Assembly (NCBI GenBank): GCA_016699595.1
Contig: CP064982.1
Coordinates: 507,962 to 571,961 of the forward strand
DNA length: 64,000 nt
Direction: 5' to 3'
Source: a bacterium
GTDB lineage: Bacteria; Patescibacteriota; Dojkabacteria; GCA-016699595
Shown: positions 28,101 to 37,951 of the stretch, piece by piece
Layout: every line of letters starts with the position of its first letter
Position numbering within the stretch: position 1 is the stretch's first letter
Made by a program: the position numbers and the translations under genes
Notes under the pieces: generated by a model
Told to the model about the DNA's origin: nothing
What the model saw: the letters and a program-made list of their open reading frames with translations, nothing else
Database searches by the model: none

Positions 28101-29267
28101 TTGCCTTCCTGATATTGCTCCAATTGGCTCAAAGTTATTTATTTTATTCAGAGCAGAGATCTGATACTGATTTGATCCAGAAAACTCTGAATATGGTATC
28201 CATACACCTATTGAATACGAACCAATCCAATTATCTCTTGAAGATAAAGACACACCCGTCCAATCAACAGTTGGGAAATAAGATGGATTTGTATGAAGAT
28301 CAGTAATTGTTACATCAATTAACTGTGAATTACCCATACTAGGAATACAAGTTATTTGCCCTGAATCTTCCACAGATCTGTCAGGCGTTGAATAGCCAGG
28401 GTTATTCCCTCCATAAATACCTAATCTTCCAGCAGGTGCATTATAAGCATAGTGAAGGTTATTCGTAAATCCAGGGGTAGAAAAATAATTTAGTGACAAT
28501 CCGCATTCAAACAATTTTGCATTGGGACTAATCATTGATATATCATCTTGAAAAGTTATTGGTAAGGCAGGAATTTCTGATCCTGCACGAAGTTTCAAGC
28601 CAACTCCATAAGTCCATACTCCTCCAACTACACCATCTACTGTTATGGTTCCTCTAAATGAGGCTGACAATTTCTGTAAATCCACCTTCATGGCAGATGT
28701 TCCAGTTATATCAACTGTTGTTGCATTATCAGTATTTGGTACACCAGAAACTGAAACTGAAGCAGATACATTGAAAGTACTCCCATCAACTAATGTAGGC
28801 AAAGCTTTTACATTTGCTGTGAAACCCAGCGTATCACCCGTAGATTTTGTACCTAAGTTACATGTCAATTGACTTTGATTGTTAACGCCATCACCAGTTA
28901 TTTGTGAACCAGTTCCATTACAAACCAATGGAAGTGCTTCCCATTTATACCCTAGAGGTAAAGGAACTGTAGTCAATGTATAATTATCATAAGGGCTTGG
29001 AACAGTAGCATTTGGATCATTCAGAGAAACATCAAATCGATAGCTTGTTATCTGACCAGCCCGAACTATCTCATTACTATCACCAATGTCATTACCCGAA
29101 CCTGCAACAGAATCAAAAGGTGCAGTACCATCGAATAGTTTCGTGATAGCGATTTCAGGATAAGTGGTCGTGGAATCAGCATTAACTTTCAATTTATAGT
29201 CACTGTAAATATTTATAGATAAAAAAACAAATACAAAAAGTGTTATTAGTTTAAAGAATTTTTTCAT
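25182..29267 (-). CDS. Large secreted surface protein (1361 aa) with SdrD/Cna B-type domains and C-terminal SLASTGK motif
   Basis: Signal peptide MKKFFKLITLFVFVFLSINIYS; B-type repeats (GNFVWLDKNGNGIQD..., YTISGYVYHDKNADKSKNYGD...); C-terminus GSLASTGKKIFFLKYI. Confidence 0.75.
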   Translation of the reverse strand: MKKFFKLITLFVFVFLSINIYSDYKLKVNADSTTTYPEIAITKLFDGTAPFDSVAGSGNDIGDSNEIVRAGQITSYRFDVSLNDPNATVPSPYDNYTLTTVPLPLGYKWEALPLVCNGTGSQITGDGVNNQSQLTCNLGTKSTGDTLGFTANVKALPTLVDGSTFNVSASVSVSGVPNTDNATTVDITGTSAMKVDLQKLSASFRGTITVDGVVGGVWTYGVGLKLRAGSEIPALPITFQDDISMISPNAKLFECGLSLNYFSTPGFTNNLHYAYNAPAGRLGIYGGNNPGYSTPDRSVEDSGQITCIPSMGNSQLIDVTITDLHTNPSYFPTVDWTGVSLSSRDNWIGSYSIGVWIPYSEFSGSNQYQISALNKINNFEPIGAISGRQNWGGVGNEPGSGMTNIQTTGQSDLVGTENWYQQIIARPSEGSVEKADYDYRSDDLINCNFITEANADSCAMWWGAEYVGSSYRTGDGFLSANSNWTSLNLWYYYGIADIPNGSIMCTTIDNKNSSIDRIPGNTGEGAFTHIPSNSSLWESYTDAVIEYGVGGLNGQGITWSNFEDERLGTCFDNDSTGGIWYLDLNSIPGGPERVTKVRLKFRDNFTASEQADMIAQTGYGVQFLAIKHKMLPTAQPGDIVPNYGKWYIPGGNWFNANPNDPSSWQTVPSYNANTATGTHGDRVIVTGSRVRINKTTKDLTTKNDSKLSGSEINWYLQPSTDAMGVTPAGEAINVKIVDTIPAGLGYQYGSSICMDTDMIQPVTCEPTFTVNNDGSATLVWNFGNVTSGLPLTKITYKTISDATIGNGDIKINQAIMSADNDNSFESVRTSTATVQFENSSAFSVNKKAISPLIESMQPLEYEIVMKNTGSDPVAGTDLIDWLPWNGDGRNPATNFTGTTYLSSLTKVSGVDPSAILYSKQSQSLLTLPQDFDPQTINPSIVWCAQGQFGNAGCPSNITEVTGFRIQTSAMLPNEESKYLLVLIPSISNPNKPGDIYTNKFMLRATGLALPVQSNNVPIIVVNGSIGNFVWLDKNGNGIQDNDESGFGNMKVELLDSLNNVVGTVFTDADGHYLFENILHGSYKVRFAKPNGYEFTYKNGGSFLTDSNSDALGDTEQFELMVGENNLTIDAGLVGTSSSISIVKKINGDDANTPPGVVVSAGEMMNITYYVTNTGNTNLHDISVTDNLINNIQCPKDVLTEGESMQCTATYLAPTDSSQHVNVATVVATPPLLPSGQPANVMDTDLAYARLKLYTISGYVYHDKNADKSKNYGDRSLAGIKMTLSNGQIVLTDEFGYYEFTDLLPGQYRVVESQPEKYSSTERPSNEESVNIIDSDIENINFGEILGSLASTGKKIFFLKYI

Positions 29268-29353
29268 TGTAGAATTTAATTTACCAAATTTATATAATTA
29301 TTTGAATTTATTTTATCAAAGAAAAGAATTAATTTCAAGTTTATTTCAAAATC

Positions 29354-30058
29354 ATGGATAGAAATTCGGACTTCCACAATATCTACAAGCTACTAAAACT
29401 AAAGTATCCTAATGTAAAATCAAGTCTAAACTTTTCAAATGAAGTTGAATGTTGGGCTGCCGTTTTATTATCAGTTCAAAATACAGATAAACATATAAAT
29501 ACGCTTACGCCAAAATTATTCACAAGATTTAAAACTTTTGAAGATTATGCAAACTCAAGTACAAGTGAAATTTTTGAATATGTGAAAGCTGCTAATTACA
29601 ATAAGACTAAAGCAAAATATCTCTTTAATGGAGCCAAAGTAATCTGCAATGAATTTAAAGGCGAATTGCCAAACAATTTGAATGATTTGATGAAGCTTCC
29701 AGGGGTTGGTAGAAAGGTTGGGAATGTGATATTTAGTGAAATGAGCAATGTTTCAGCTGGAATTGCTATAGATACTCATAACTTGAGAGTTTGGAATAGA
29801 ATCTTGTATATAATTCCAGAACAAAACAAAGAATACAAAAAATTATCAGCAAAACAACTTGAGCAACTTCTCATGCAAAATTTAGATAAATCAACTTGGA
29901 GAGAAATTAGTTTGTTAGTTATAGAACATGGAAGAAATATATGCAAAGCTCAAAAACCAAAGTGTGAAGAATGCTTGCTTAAGACGTATTGTGCTTATTA
30001 TATGAGTGAAGTATCCGGACAAAAAATTCACGATATACCAATTTCAACTAGGACTTAA
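29354..30058 (+). CDS. nth: Endonuclease III-family HhH-GPD DNA glycosylase
   Basis: LPGVGRKVGNVI HhH-GPD motif, C-terminal Cys cluster CKAQKPKCEECLLKTYC. Confidence 0.85.
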   Translation: MDRNSDFHNIYKLLKLKYPNVKSSLNFSNEVECWAAVLLSVQNTDKHINTLTPKLFTRFKTFEDYANSSTSEIFEYVKAANYNKTKAKYLFNGAKVICNEFKGELPNNLNDLMKLPGVGRKVGNVIFSEMSNVSAGIAIDTHNLRVWNRILYIIPEQNKEYKKLSAKQLEQLLMQNLDKSTWREISLLVIEHGRNICKAQKPKCEECLLKTYCAYYMSEVSGQKIHDIPISTRT

Positions 30059-30504
30059 CGCTTTGAATACTGTGGAGCCTTTCTTGCTTTCTTTAAACCA
30101 GATTTCTTTCTTTCAACTTTCCTAGGATCTCTTGTCAAATATTTTGAATCCTTTAAAGTCTTTTTATAGTCTGGATTATACATTGACAAAGCTCTAGCAA
30201 TACCGAGTCTCACAGCTCCAACTAGACCGGAAGTACCTCCACCATTTGCTTTTGCCGTGAAAAACATTTGACCTTGCAAATCCAAAACTGAAAATACTCT
30301 GAGTAATTCATCCAATTTCTGTGGATCCAAAAAATCTTCAATATTTCTATCATTTATCGTTGATATTCCTTGACCTTCATACAATCTAACTGACGCAATT
30401 GCAGTTTTTCTTCTCCCTAAAGCAAAAATATACTTTTGATTTTCTAGTTCAGTCTCATTACTAACTTTAGTTTTGTTTTTTATAGTTTTTGCCTTTGTTG
30501 CCAT
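30055..30504 (-). CDS. rpsI: 30S ribosomal protein S9
   Basis: C-terminal RDPRKVERKKSGLKKARKAPQYSKR and GGGTSGLVGAVRLGIARAL. Confidence 0.95.
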   Translation of the reverse strand: MATKAKTIKNKTKVSNETELENQKYIFALGRRKTAIASVRLYEGQGISTINDRNIEDFLDPQKLDELLRVFSVLDLQGQMFFTAKANGGGTSGLVGAVRLGIARALSMYNPDYKKTLKDSKYLTRDPRKVERKKSGLKKARKAPQYSKR

Positions 30505-30508
30505 AATT

Positions 30509-30943
30509 TTATTTACTTACTTGTACTGATTCATAGTCAACTGGTAATTTCACACTATCATCTTTATACACCCTTACATTTTTGATTAATCTTCTGCCAT
30601 ACCTATTTTTTGGTAACATTCCCCAAATACCATCTTTTACAAACTTCTCTACATTTTTTTGCATCTTCTTTTCTAGTGTAATTTCCCTAAAGCCACCTGG
30701 ATAGCCTGTATGCCAAAAAAATTTTTTATCCATCTTTGTTGGATGAATATCGACTTCATTTGCATTTATGATAATGACTTTATTTGAATCAGGGATATAC
30801 TCGACAGATGCTACAATGTCATTTTTACCTAGTAAAAGCTCACTTGCTTGTGTCAACAACTTTCCTAGCCTTATGCCTTTGGCATCCAAAACATAAGTCT
30901 TCTTTTTAAATTCAACTTTTTTTATAGATCTAGTTTTCAACAT
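30509..30943 (-). CDS. rplM: 50S ribosomal protein L13
   Basis: 144 aa; conserved uL13 sequence, adjacent to rpsI. Confidence 0.95.
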   Translation of the reverse strand: MLKTRSIKKVEFKKKTYVLDAKGIRLGKLLTQASELLLGKNDIVASVEYIPDSNKVIIINANEVDIHPTKMDKKFFWHTGYPGGFREITLEKKMQKNVEKFVKDGIWGMLPKNRYGRRLIKNVRVYKDDSVKLPVDYESVQVSK

Positions 30944-30962
30944 AGCAAATAATTAAACTTAG

Positions 30963-31373
30963 TTATTTTGATTTAGCTTTTTTCGAAATTTTTGATTTAT
31001 TTGTGACTTCTTTTTCAGACACATCTATCCATTCAACTTTTGTCAAAACAGCATTATCTCCAACTCTATTTTTGATACTTACATGAGTAGTAAATCCGGA
31101 ATTTCTACTCCTCATTCTTTCTGACAAAATAAATACCTTCCTTACTAAACGATCACTTTGTAATTTTGCAAACATCAATCTAGATGCATGTTCCTTATCT
31201 TCCTTTCTTGATGTCGTTATAATCTTATCAGCATTAGCCTTAAGTACTTTTGCCTTATTTAGAGTAGTATATATGGATTCTTTTTCTATAAGAGATTTAA
31301 GTTGATTGTTCAACATACTATCCCTGTGATGTTTCACTCTGCCGAATTTTTTTACTGATGATAAATGGAGCAT
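30963..31373 (-). CDS. rplQ: 50S ribosomal protein L17
   Basis: 136 aa; bL17 family sequence, directly downstream of rpoA. Confidence 0.9.
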   Translation of the reverse strand: MLHLSSVKKFGRVKHHRDSMLNNQLKSLIEKESIYTTLNKAKVLKANADKIITTSRKEDKEHASRLMFAKLQSDRLVRKVFILSERMRSRNSGFTTHVSIKNRVGDNAVLTKVEWIDVSEKEVTNKSKISKKAKSK

Positions 31374-31374
31374 A

Positions 31375-32295
31375 TTAGTCTACAATTTCTATCTGATATT
31401 TTTCAAGCATTTTTAATAATTCTTTCTTACTCTTTTCACCCAAACCTTTGATCTCACCAATTTCCTTCTTTGTCTTGCCTTCAAGATCATTTAGAGTTTG
31501 AATGTTGAGCTTGTCCAAACAATTGTAAAGTCTAGTTGAAATGTTTAGTTTCGATATAGATAGATCTACTTTCTTGCCTTGTGCAAATCCTTCTTTCTTG
31601 ACCTCTACAACTTTACCGTGACAGACTTCAACAAAATGTGCAGTTATCGCATTCAAGACTTCAGATGATTCTTTCAAAGCTTCACTTGGCAATATTGAAC
31701 CATTGGTGTAAATATCCAATTCAATTTGATCTAAATCCAGATCTTGACCTAACCTTGTTTGACTTACTTTGTATGCAACTCTTTTGACTGGTGAAAAGTC
31801 AGAATCTAATGGTATAAGACCTACCTCTGATCTTTTTTCGTTATCTTCTCTTTGGTATCCTTTTTCCTTTTTTAATGTGATTTCTAATTCAAAGACTGCT
31901 TTTGAAGAACTTAGTGTAGTAATTACAAAATCTGGATTCAATATTTCAACACTTGAAGAATCTTCAAAGTCATCAGCCAAAACATCACCTTCACCTTTTT
32001 TAGATAATTTCAATTTTACTTCATCTTCGGTATTTAAGACAAAAACTATTTCTTTCAATTTCAGCAATATTTTCAAAACATCATCTGTAATACCGTCCAA
32101 AGCAGAATATTCATGCATTACATTGTTTACTCTAACTGAAGTAATTGCAACACCCATTATTGAAGAATATAGTACCCTTCGAATCATATTTGCCAAAGTA
32201 TATCCATAACCTCTAGGTAATGGTCCAATTACAAACGAACCTTCGTTTGACTTTTCAGAAATGGTTTTTAAATTAAATCTATTGAAATCAATCAT
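31375..32295 (-). CDS. rpoA: DNA-directed RNA polymerase subunit alpha
   Basis: 306 aa; N-terminal dimerisation domain and C-terminal HhH CTD. Confidence 0.95.
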   Translation of the reverse strand: MIDFNRFNLKTISEKSNEGSFVIGPLPRGYGYTLANMIRRVLYSSIMGVAITSVRVNNVMHEYSALDGITDDVLKILLKLKEIVFVLNTEDEVKLKLSKKGEGDVLADDFEDSSSVEILNPDFVITTLSSSKAVFELEITLKKEKGYQREDNEKRSEVGLIPLDSDFSPVKRVAYKVSQTRLGQDLDLDQIELDIYTNGSILPSEALKESSEVLNAITAHFVEVCHGKVVEVKKEGFAQGKKVDLSISKLNISTRLYNCLDKLNIQTLNDLEGKTKKEIGEIKGLGEKSKKELLKMLEKYQIEIVD

Positions 32296-32326
32296 AAATT
32301 TATATTGATATAAACGAAATAATTGT

Positions 32327-32923
32327 CTATCTTGAATAAAATTCGACTATAAGTCTCTCTCTAAATGTTTTGTCAATCATATCTCTCGATGGTAATAATT
32401 TTACTTTTCCACCATCAGAATATTCTTCCAACCAAACTGGCAATTCAATAACTTTCATGCCCTCTTTCATCGAAACAAAGTAATTATTGTTTTTGGTTTT
32501 TTCCTTTAATGTAACTTGGTCACCAGAGTCAACTATATAAGAAGGGATGTCTAATTTCTTACCATTCACCAATATATGCCCATGAGCGACTAACTGCCTA
32601 GCAGCTGGTCTAGAATTCGCCAACTTAAGTCTATAAACTACATTATCTAGTCTCCTTTCCAACAACTCCAAAAATTTAGCACCTGTATTTCCTATGTCAG
32701 ACTGTGCCATCGCAAAAAACCTTCTAAATTGCTTTTCGCTCATACCATAAATCTTTTTTACCTTTTGCTTTTCTGCAAATTGTTCTGCATATGGTGAATT
32801 ATTGGGTCTACCACCTTTATGTTGACCAGGTTTGCCCGGCCTTAATTTATAATCTTCCTTATCAAAAATAGGGAAGTTTGCTGCTCGTGCTATTCTTCTT
32901 TTTGGTCCAGTATATCTCGACAT
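32327..32923 (-). CDS. rpsD: 30S ribosomal protein S4
   Basis: MSRYTGPKRRIARA N-terminus, S4 domain. Confidence 0.95.
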   Translation of the reverse strand: MSRYTGPKRRIARAANFPIFDKEDYKLRPGKPGQHKGGRPNNSPYAEQFAEKQKVKKIYGMSEKQFRRFFAMAQSDIGNTGAKFLELLERRLDNVVYRLKLANSRPAARQLVAHGHILVNGKKLDIPSYIVDSGDQVTLKEKTKNNNYFVSMKEGMKVIELPVWLEEYSDGGKVKLLPSRDMIDKTFRERLIVEFYSR

Positions 32924-32928
32924 AGTTT

Positions 32929-33327
32929 TTAAACTTTTCTTTGTTTCTTAGGTTTTACACCACCGTGAGGTATAGGTGTTTTATCTGTTATAAAATTTAT
33001 TTTCAATCCAGCTGCCCTTGCACCTTTTATTGCTGCAGTTCTACCCTGTCCAATACCCCTTATAAAAGCGTGAACTTCTTGCAATCCATATCTTTGAGCT
33101 TTCACGACAAGATCCTCAGCTGCTTTGGTAGCTGCAAAAGCAGTAGACTTTTTTGATCCTTTGAAACCAATGGTGCCACAATTCGACCAACACAATACAT
33201 TTCCATCCAAATCAGTTATTGTAAGTTTTGTATTGTTGAAAGTCGATAAGACATACAACCTACCTACAGGAACCTGTATCTTAATCTTTTTTGCCTTTTT
33301 TTGAGTTGCTTTTGCTTTCTGTGCCAT
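32929..33327 (-). CDS. rpsK: 30S ribosomal protein S11
   Basis: uS11 family sequence, conserved position. Confidence 0.95.
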   Translation of the reverse strand: MAQKAKATQKKAKKIKIQVPVGRLYVLSTFNNTKLTITDLDGNVLCWSNCGTIGFKGSKKSTAFAATKAAEDLVVKAQRYGLQEVHAFIRGIGQGRTAAIKGARAAGLKINFITDKTPIPHGGVKPKKQRKV

Positions 33328-33334
33328 AAGTTTA

Positions 33335-33718
33335 TTAAGTCTTAGTCAAAACTCTTTTCAAGCCACCAACTGCCATATTTTTACCCTTTCTAGTTCTACC
33401 ATTTTTTCTTGTACCTTGTCCCTTTGTTGGTAGATTTTTTTTATGCCTATCACCCCTGTAAGATCTGATATCTTTCAATCTTTTTATGTTTCTAAATACT
33501 TCTTGTCGTAATTCTCCTTCAACTTTATAATTTTCTTCCAATAGTTTCGTCAGTTGAGCTATAGTAACATCATCGATATTCTCCGTTACCGTCGTAGGGT
33601 CAACCTTAAGTTCTTTAAGAAGTTTCTTTGCTACAAACGGTCCAACACCATAAATTTCTGATAAAGAATACATTATTTGCAACTTGGGTTTTAAGTCAAT
33701 ACCGTATATACGAGCCAT
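33335..33718 (-). CDS. rpsM: 30S ribosomal protein S13
   Basis: [10 protein letters not shown]-terminus, uS13 family. Confidence 0.95.
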   Translation of the reverse strand: MARIYGIDLKPKLQIMYSLSEIYGVGPFVAKKLLKELKVDPTTVTENIDDVTIAQLTKLLEENYKVEGELRQEVFRNIKRLKDIRSYRGDRHKKNLPTKGQGTRKNGRTRKGKNMAVGGLKRVLTKT

Positions 33719-33834
33719 TATTTTTGTCTTTGCTTGTGTTTGGGATTTCTTTTACAGTAAACAAAAAGTTTACCATCCCTTTTAACTGAATAGCAATTAT
33801 TGCACATGGGTTTTACACTAGTTCTAACTTTCAT
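33718..33834 (-). CDS. rpmJ: 50S ribosomal protein L36
   Basis: Manual translation [38 protein letters not shown] (38 aa); below the ORF-track size cutoff; stop overlaps the rpsM start. Confidence 0.85.
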   Translation of the reverse strand: MKVRTSVKPMCNNCYSVKRDGKLFVYCKRNPKHKQRQK

Positions 33835-33838
33835 ACTT

Positions 33839-34087
33839 TTATAGTCTTTGAATAATCCTTCCTTTCGTCAAATCGTATTTACTTACCTCAATTTTCACTT
33901 TATCTCCACTAACAATCTTTATATAATGTAACCTCATTTTACCAGATTCATAACAAAACATATCAAGCTCAGTGTCTTCGATTTTCACCTTCACTTTAAA
34001 CTTACCCTCAGGCAAAACATCAATTATAGTTCCTTCAAAAAGAAATTTATCTTCTTGATTTTTCATTTTCTTTATCTGGTTATTCAT
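33839..34087 (-). CDS. infA: Translation initiation factor IF-1
   Basis: S1-like fold sequence [31 protein letters not shown]. Confidence 0.9.
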   Translation of the reverse strand: MNNQIKKMKNQEDKFLFEGTIIDVLPEGKFKVKVKIEDTELDMFCYESGKMRLHYIKIVSGDKVKIEVSKYDLTKGRIIQRL

Positions 34088-34164
34088 ATTGAAATACTTT
34101 ATTGCGACTTTTTCAGTATAGCAATTAAACTAAAATATTTCAAGCAAATAATTCGGATTAACAA

Positions 34165-34941
34165 CTAATTTGTCAGTATTTCACATCCATCATCCAAAAC
34201 AAGTACAGTATTTTCATAACTAACTGCTTTCATATCGTCTACTATTCTAGCATTAAGCCCAAGTAAACCTTCAGATTCAGTATATCCCGAGCCAGAAGAT
34301 ATCATCGGTTCAATTGCCAAGGTCATACCACTTTTCAAAATCATATCGTCATTTGAGGATATCCAAAAATTTGGGATATCTGGTTCTTCATGTAAATCAT
34401 AGCCAACTCCATGTCCACAAAATTCAATAATAGGTTGAAATTCATATTCAATAATTTTACTCTCAATCTTCTTTATAACCTTGCTGAGCTTTTGCCCGTT
34501 TTTAATCTGTTCACAAGCAACATTCATACAGGAATATGCACAATCAATCAATAACTTTTCCGTCTGGTATGCCTCACACACTCTCTCTTGTTCTAAACCT
34601 TCAATTAATTTGCATCTTGTCGAATCAAGGTACATGCCTTCAAAAATTATCCCGCAATCAATAGACAATAAATCCCCCTCTACTATGACTCTATCAAAAG
34701 GCGTACCATGCTGCACTATAGAATTCAAGTTTAAACATGTCGCATATTGATAGCCATAGTAACCCAGGAATGCTGGTTGTACGCCATAGACATTCATCAA
34801 TCTATTTGCTTCATCTTCAATTGCTAACAAGTTAACTCCTATTTTTGTAAATTGTAAAAGCTTATCTAAAATGTCTGATAATATTTTTCCTCCCTTCCTC
34901 ATAGACTCTATCTCTGTTTTATTCTTCACCTGTTGCATCAA
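34165..34941 (-). CDS. map: Methionine aminopeptidase, type I
   Basis: 258 aa; pita-bread fold motifs, conserved position between adk and infA. Confidence 0.9.
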   Translation of the reverse strand: MMQQVKNKTEIESMRKGGKILSDILDKLLQFTKIGVNLLAIEDEANRLMNVYGVQPAFLGYYGYQYATCLNLNSIVQHGTPFDRVIVEGDLLSIDCGIIFEGMYLDSTRCKLIEGLEQERVCEAYQTEKLLIDCAYSCMNVACEQIKNGQKLSKVIKKIESKIIEYEFQPIIEFCGHGVGYDLHEEPDIPNFWISSNDDMILKSGMTLAIEPMISSGSGYTESEGLLGLNARIVDDMKAVSYENTVLVLDDGCEILTN

Positions 34942-34952
34942 AATTTGAAAAA

Positions 34953-35537
34953 TTATATATAGCCCATTATCTCGTCATGAATATCATAAATATCAGCATC
35001 TCCATCAATTTTCACCAATTTATTATTCATTCCAAAATATTGTTCAATAATTTCAAAATCTATAGCATATTCTTTCAATCTATTTTGGAATATTCTGAGG
35101 TCTGCATCATCTTGCCTAATCTGTTTCCCAAGTTTCAAAGCATCTTCATTTCTAGCAATTCTTCTTTCTAAAGCAACTTCATCACTAATATCAAGTAAAA
35201 AAACCCTTGTTTGTTCCAAACCTTGCTTCCACAAATAATAATCAAATCGAATTGTTTGAGAAATAGTTCTATTACTTCCATCAAAAATAAAACCATTTTT
35301 CAAAAAATTATCAGGTATATATTTCTCAGTTATAGTTTGTATAATATCACCCGGAATAAAAATTCCATTCTCAACCATTTCTCTCACTTTGCGAGATAAA
35401 TCAGTTTTAGCTTCTATCTCCTTTCTCAATAAATCGGACATAACAATAATTGGCGATTTTATACTTTCGGATAGTAATTTCGCTTGTGTACCCTTTCCAC
35501 AACCTGACTTTCCAATTATTGAATAAATCTTTCCCAT
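34953..35537 (-). CDS. adk: Adenylate kinase
   Basis: P-loop IIGKSGCGKGTQA, conserved position downstream of secY. Confidence 0.85.
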   Translation of the reverse strand: MGKIYSIIGKSGCGKGTQAKLLSESIKSPIIVMSDLLRKEIEAKTDLSRKVREMVENGIFIPGDIIQTITEKYIPDNFLKNGFIFDGSNRTISQTIRFDYYLWKQGLEQTRVFLLDISDEVALERRIARNEDALKLGKQIRQDDADLRIFQNRLKEYAIDFEIIEQYFGMNNKLVKIDGDADIYDIHDEIMGYI

Positions 35538-35546
35538 ATAACTAAA

Positions 35547-36881
35547 TTAATAATTAATGCCATCATAGTTACTAGTTACCAAGTAAGAGTTAATCTGTCT
35601 TACAGTGTCTAGAACTCCAGTCACAATAATCAATAAACTAGTACTTCCTAAACCATACCTTAAAACATCTAAGTTAATATTTTGATTAACAATTGATGGT
35701 AAAACAGTAAGTAAAGCTAAAAATATCGTTCCTACAATTGTAAGCTTAGCAACCAGACTTGTCAAATACTTTGCAGTTGATGCACCTGGTCTAATGCCTG
35801 GTACAAATGCACCTGACCTTTGAAAGTTTTCTGCTATTTCATTCGGCTTAAACATTATAAAAAATGTTACAAAAAAGCCAAAAATCATCACAGCAAAAAA
35901 CAAAAGAATATCATATGTCCAAAAGCTTTCGTTTGAATAAATATTATTTACAAGCCACATAGCGGATCTATAGATAAAATCGCCCTCCTTAATATTGAGA
36001 GGATTGTTTGCAGAGAGTAAAAATTGTGCCACAAGAGAAGGTGCACTAACTAGTGCCTGAGCAAAGATTACTGGCATTACACCAGCCATATTGAGCTTTA
36101 CAGGAAAAGTTGATTGTGGAGAGACGATTGTTCCTACATTATTCCTTACTCTACTAGAATACTGTATTATCACATTGCGGACAGCTTCAGTAATAAATAT
36201 GATTACTCCTGTCAATACTAGTAATCCAATTATCATGAAAATAATTGTATTTATTTGCCCATTATCAAGGAACTTAGTAATATCTTGCCAAATAAGCGAT
36301 GGCAAAATGCTAGCAATTCCTGCAATTATTATTATAGTAGAACCATTTCCGATACCTTTCTCAGTGATAGCTTCTGATATCCACATCAATAATAAAGTAC
36401 CCGCCGTCATTGAAGCTAAAATAGCTATAAGCGTTGATTTGTGTGAAAAATCAAATAGTCCTGCATAGTTTTGATTCAATAAAACTATAATTGCATATGA
36501 TTGAATTATACTAATAGGCACTGTAAGAAATCGAGTAATTTGATTTAACATCATCCTACCTCTTGCACCTTCTTTTGACAAATCATCCAACTTTTTAATC
36601 ACACTTTGCAATAGTTGCACAACAAAGGACGCACTAATGTACGATCCAAGTCCTACTGCAATAATTGAAGGCGAATCAAGTCGGCCACCAGTTACAAGAG
36701 TAAAAGCTAGACTAAATGGATTATTGAAAGAATTACTCAAAACAATAGAATTTGTTCCAGGTAATGGAACTGCAGAAAGAAATCGAAATACAACTATCAT
36801 TCCAAAAGTAAACAAAATCCTGGATTTAACTTCAGGATTTTTTGATATCGATCTTACTTTTTCTGAAAATTTTTCTAACAC
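35547..36881 (-). CDS. secY: Preprotein translocase subunit SecY
   Basis: 444 aa multi-TM protein with SecY signature, conserved operon position. Confidence 0.95.
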   Translation of the reverse strand: MLEKFSEKVRSISKNPEVKSRILFTFGMIVVFRFLSAVPLPGTNSIVLSNSFNNPFSLAFTLVTGGRLDSPSIIAVGLGSYISASFVVQLLQSVIKKLDDLSKEGARGRMMLNQITRFLTVPISIIQSYAIIVLLNQNYAGLFDFSHKSTLIAILASMTAGTLLLMWISEAITEKGIGNGSTIIIIAGIASILPSLIWQDITKFLDNGQINTIIFMIIGLLVLTGVIIFITEAVRNVIIQYSSRVRNNVGTIVSPQSTFPVKLNMAGVMPVIFAQALVSAPSLVAQFLLSANNPLNIKEGDFIYRSAMWLVNNIYSNESFWTYDILLFFAVMIFGFFVTFFIMFKPNEIAENFQRSGAFVPGIRPGASTAKYLTSLVAKLTIVGTIFLALLTVLPSIVNQNINLDVLRYGLGSTSLLIIVTGVLDTVRQINSYLVTSNYDGINY

Positions 36882-36911
36882 AAATTTACTGTTCGCTTAC
36901 TAATTTTAAAT

Positions 36912-37340
36912 TTACAAAAGTGATTTTGAAACAAAAACATCAACAAAATTGAATTTTTTATTCAAAGGAACATCCTTCAAAACTTTAATTTCTAACACTT
37001 TTCCTTGCTTTACTTTGGTAGCATTCATCTCAAGCAACTTAGCAACAGTAATTTCATCATTTTCATTGAAATGATCGTTTATATATGATGATTTTATAAG
37101 CACTCTTTGAATATTTAACTTTCTTTGTGACTTAAAACCTCGCAATTTAGGAAGTCTCCTTGAAATTCTGTTTTGACCACCTTCAAAATCTAGCGAAGGT
37201 AATTTCGCTCCAGATCTGCTCATTTGTCCATTCATACCTCGGCCTGTAGTATGTGCACCTTTTCCACTGCCAGCACCTCTACCTACGATCTTTGCCCTTT
37301 TTTGATAATTTTTTTGTTTTGGTAGAGAATGTAAATTCAT
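36912..37340 (-). CDS. rplO: 50S ribosomal protein L15
   Basis: GRGAGSGKGAHTTGRG glycine-rich motif. Confidence 0.95.
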   Translation of the reverse strand: MNLHSLPKQKNYQKRAKIVGRGAGSGKGAHTTGRGMNGQMSRSGAKLPSLDFEGGQNRISRRLPKLRGFKSQRKLNIQRVLIKSSYINDHFNENDEITVAKLLEMNATKVKQGKVLEIKVLKDVPLNKKFNFVDVFVSKSLL

Positions 37341-37350
37341 TTGAATAGTA

Positions 37351-37947
37351 CTATTTTTTCAACATAGTTAAACCTTTCATAGTTGCATAAGCATTTGAAA
37401 CTGGATTTGAACAACCAAGTTGCTTTGTTAAAATATCACTTACACCAGCCATTTCCAATACTTTTCTAACTGGTCCCCCAGCGATAATACCAGTTCCAGG
37501 AGCTGCTGGTTTCAACATCACTTTTGCAGCACCAAACTTCACAGTTATTTCATGAGGTATTGTCCTACCTTTCAAATTTACTTTAACTAATTTCCGCTTA
37601 GCTCTTTCAAGTGCTTTTTCCTGAGCTATTTTAGTGTCAATTCCCTTACCAGAACCAATTGCTAATCTACCTTTTTTGTCGCCAACGACCATAAATACTG
37701 ACATCCTCATTCTTTTTCCTCCAGAATGCACCTTTGTTACTCTTTTCATTTTCAGCAAAACATGATCAAGTTCCTTTTCTTTCTTTTGAGATGATTGTTG
37801 AGTAGTATTTGGAGCAGAAACCCTACCTTGTATAAGGTTTGAAACCCCTTGTTTTCTCCTTTGTACAATTCGTTGTCTGTTACTATCAACTTCATTCGTT
37901 TTTGAAGCTAGTTGTGCTTGGTTTTCAGTTATCATTTTATCATCCAT
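37351..37947 (-). CDS. rpsE: 30S ribosomal protein S5 (with N-terminal extension)
   Basis: uS5 core MVVGDKKGRLAIGSGKG...GTGIIAGGPVRKVLEMAGV; only 10 nt from rplO, so no room for an L30 gene. Confidence 0.95.
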   Translation of the reverse strand: MDDKMITENQAQLASKTNEVDSNRQRIVQRRKQGVSNLIQGRVSAPNTTQQSSQKKEKELDHVLLKMKRVTKVHSGGKRMRMSVFMVVGDKKGRLAIGSGKGIDTKIAQEKALERAKRKLVKVNLKGRTIPHEITVKFGAAKVMLKPAAPGTGIIAGGPVRKVLEMAGVSDILTKQLGCSNPVSNAYATMKGLTMLKK

Positions 37948-37951
37948 AATA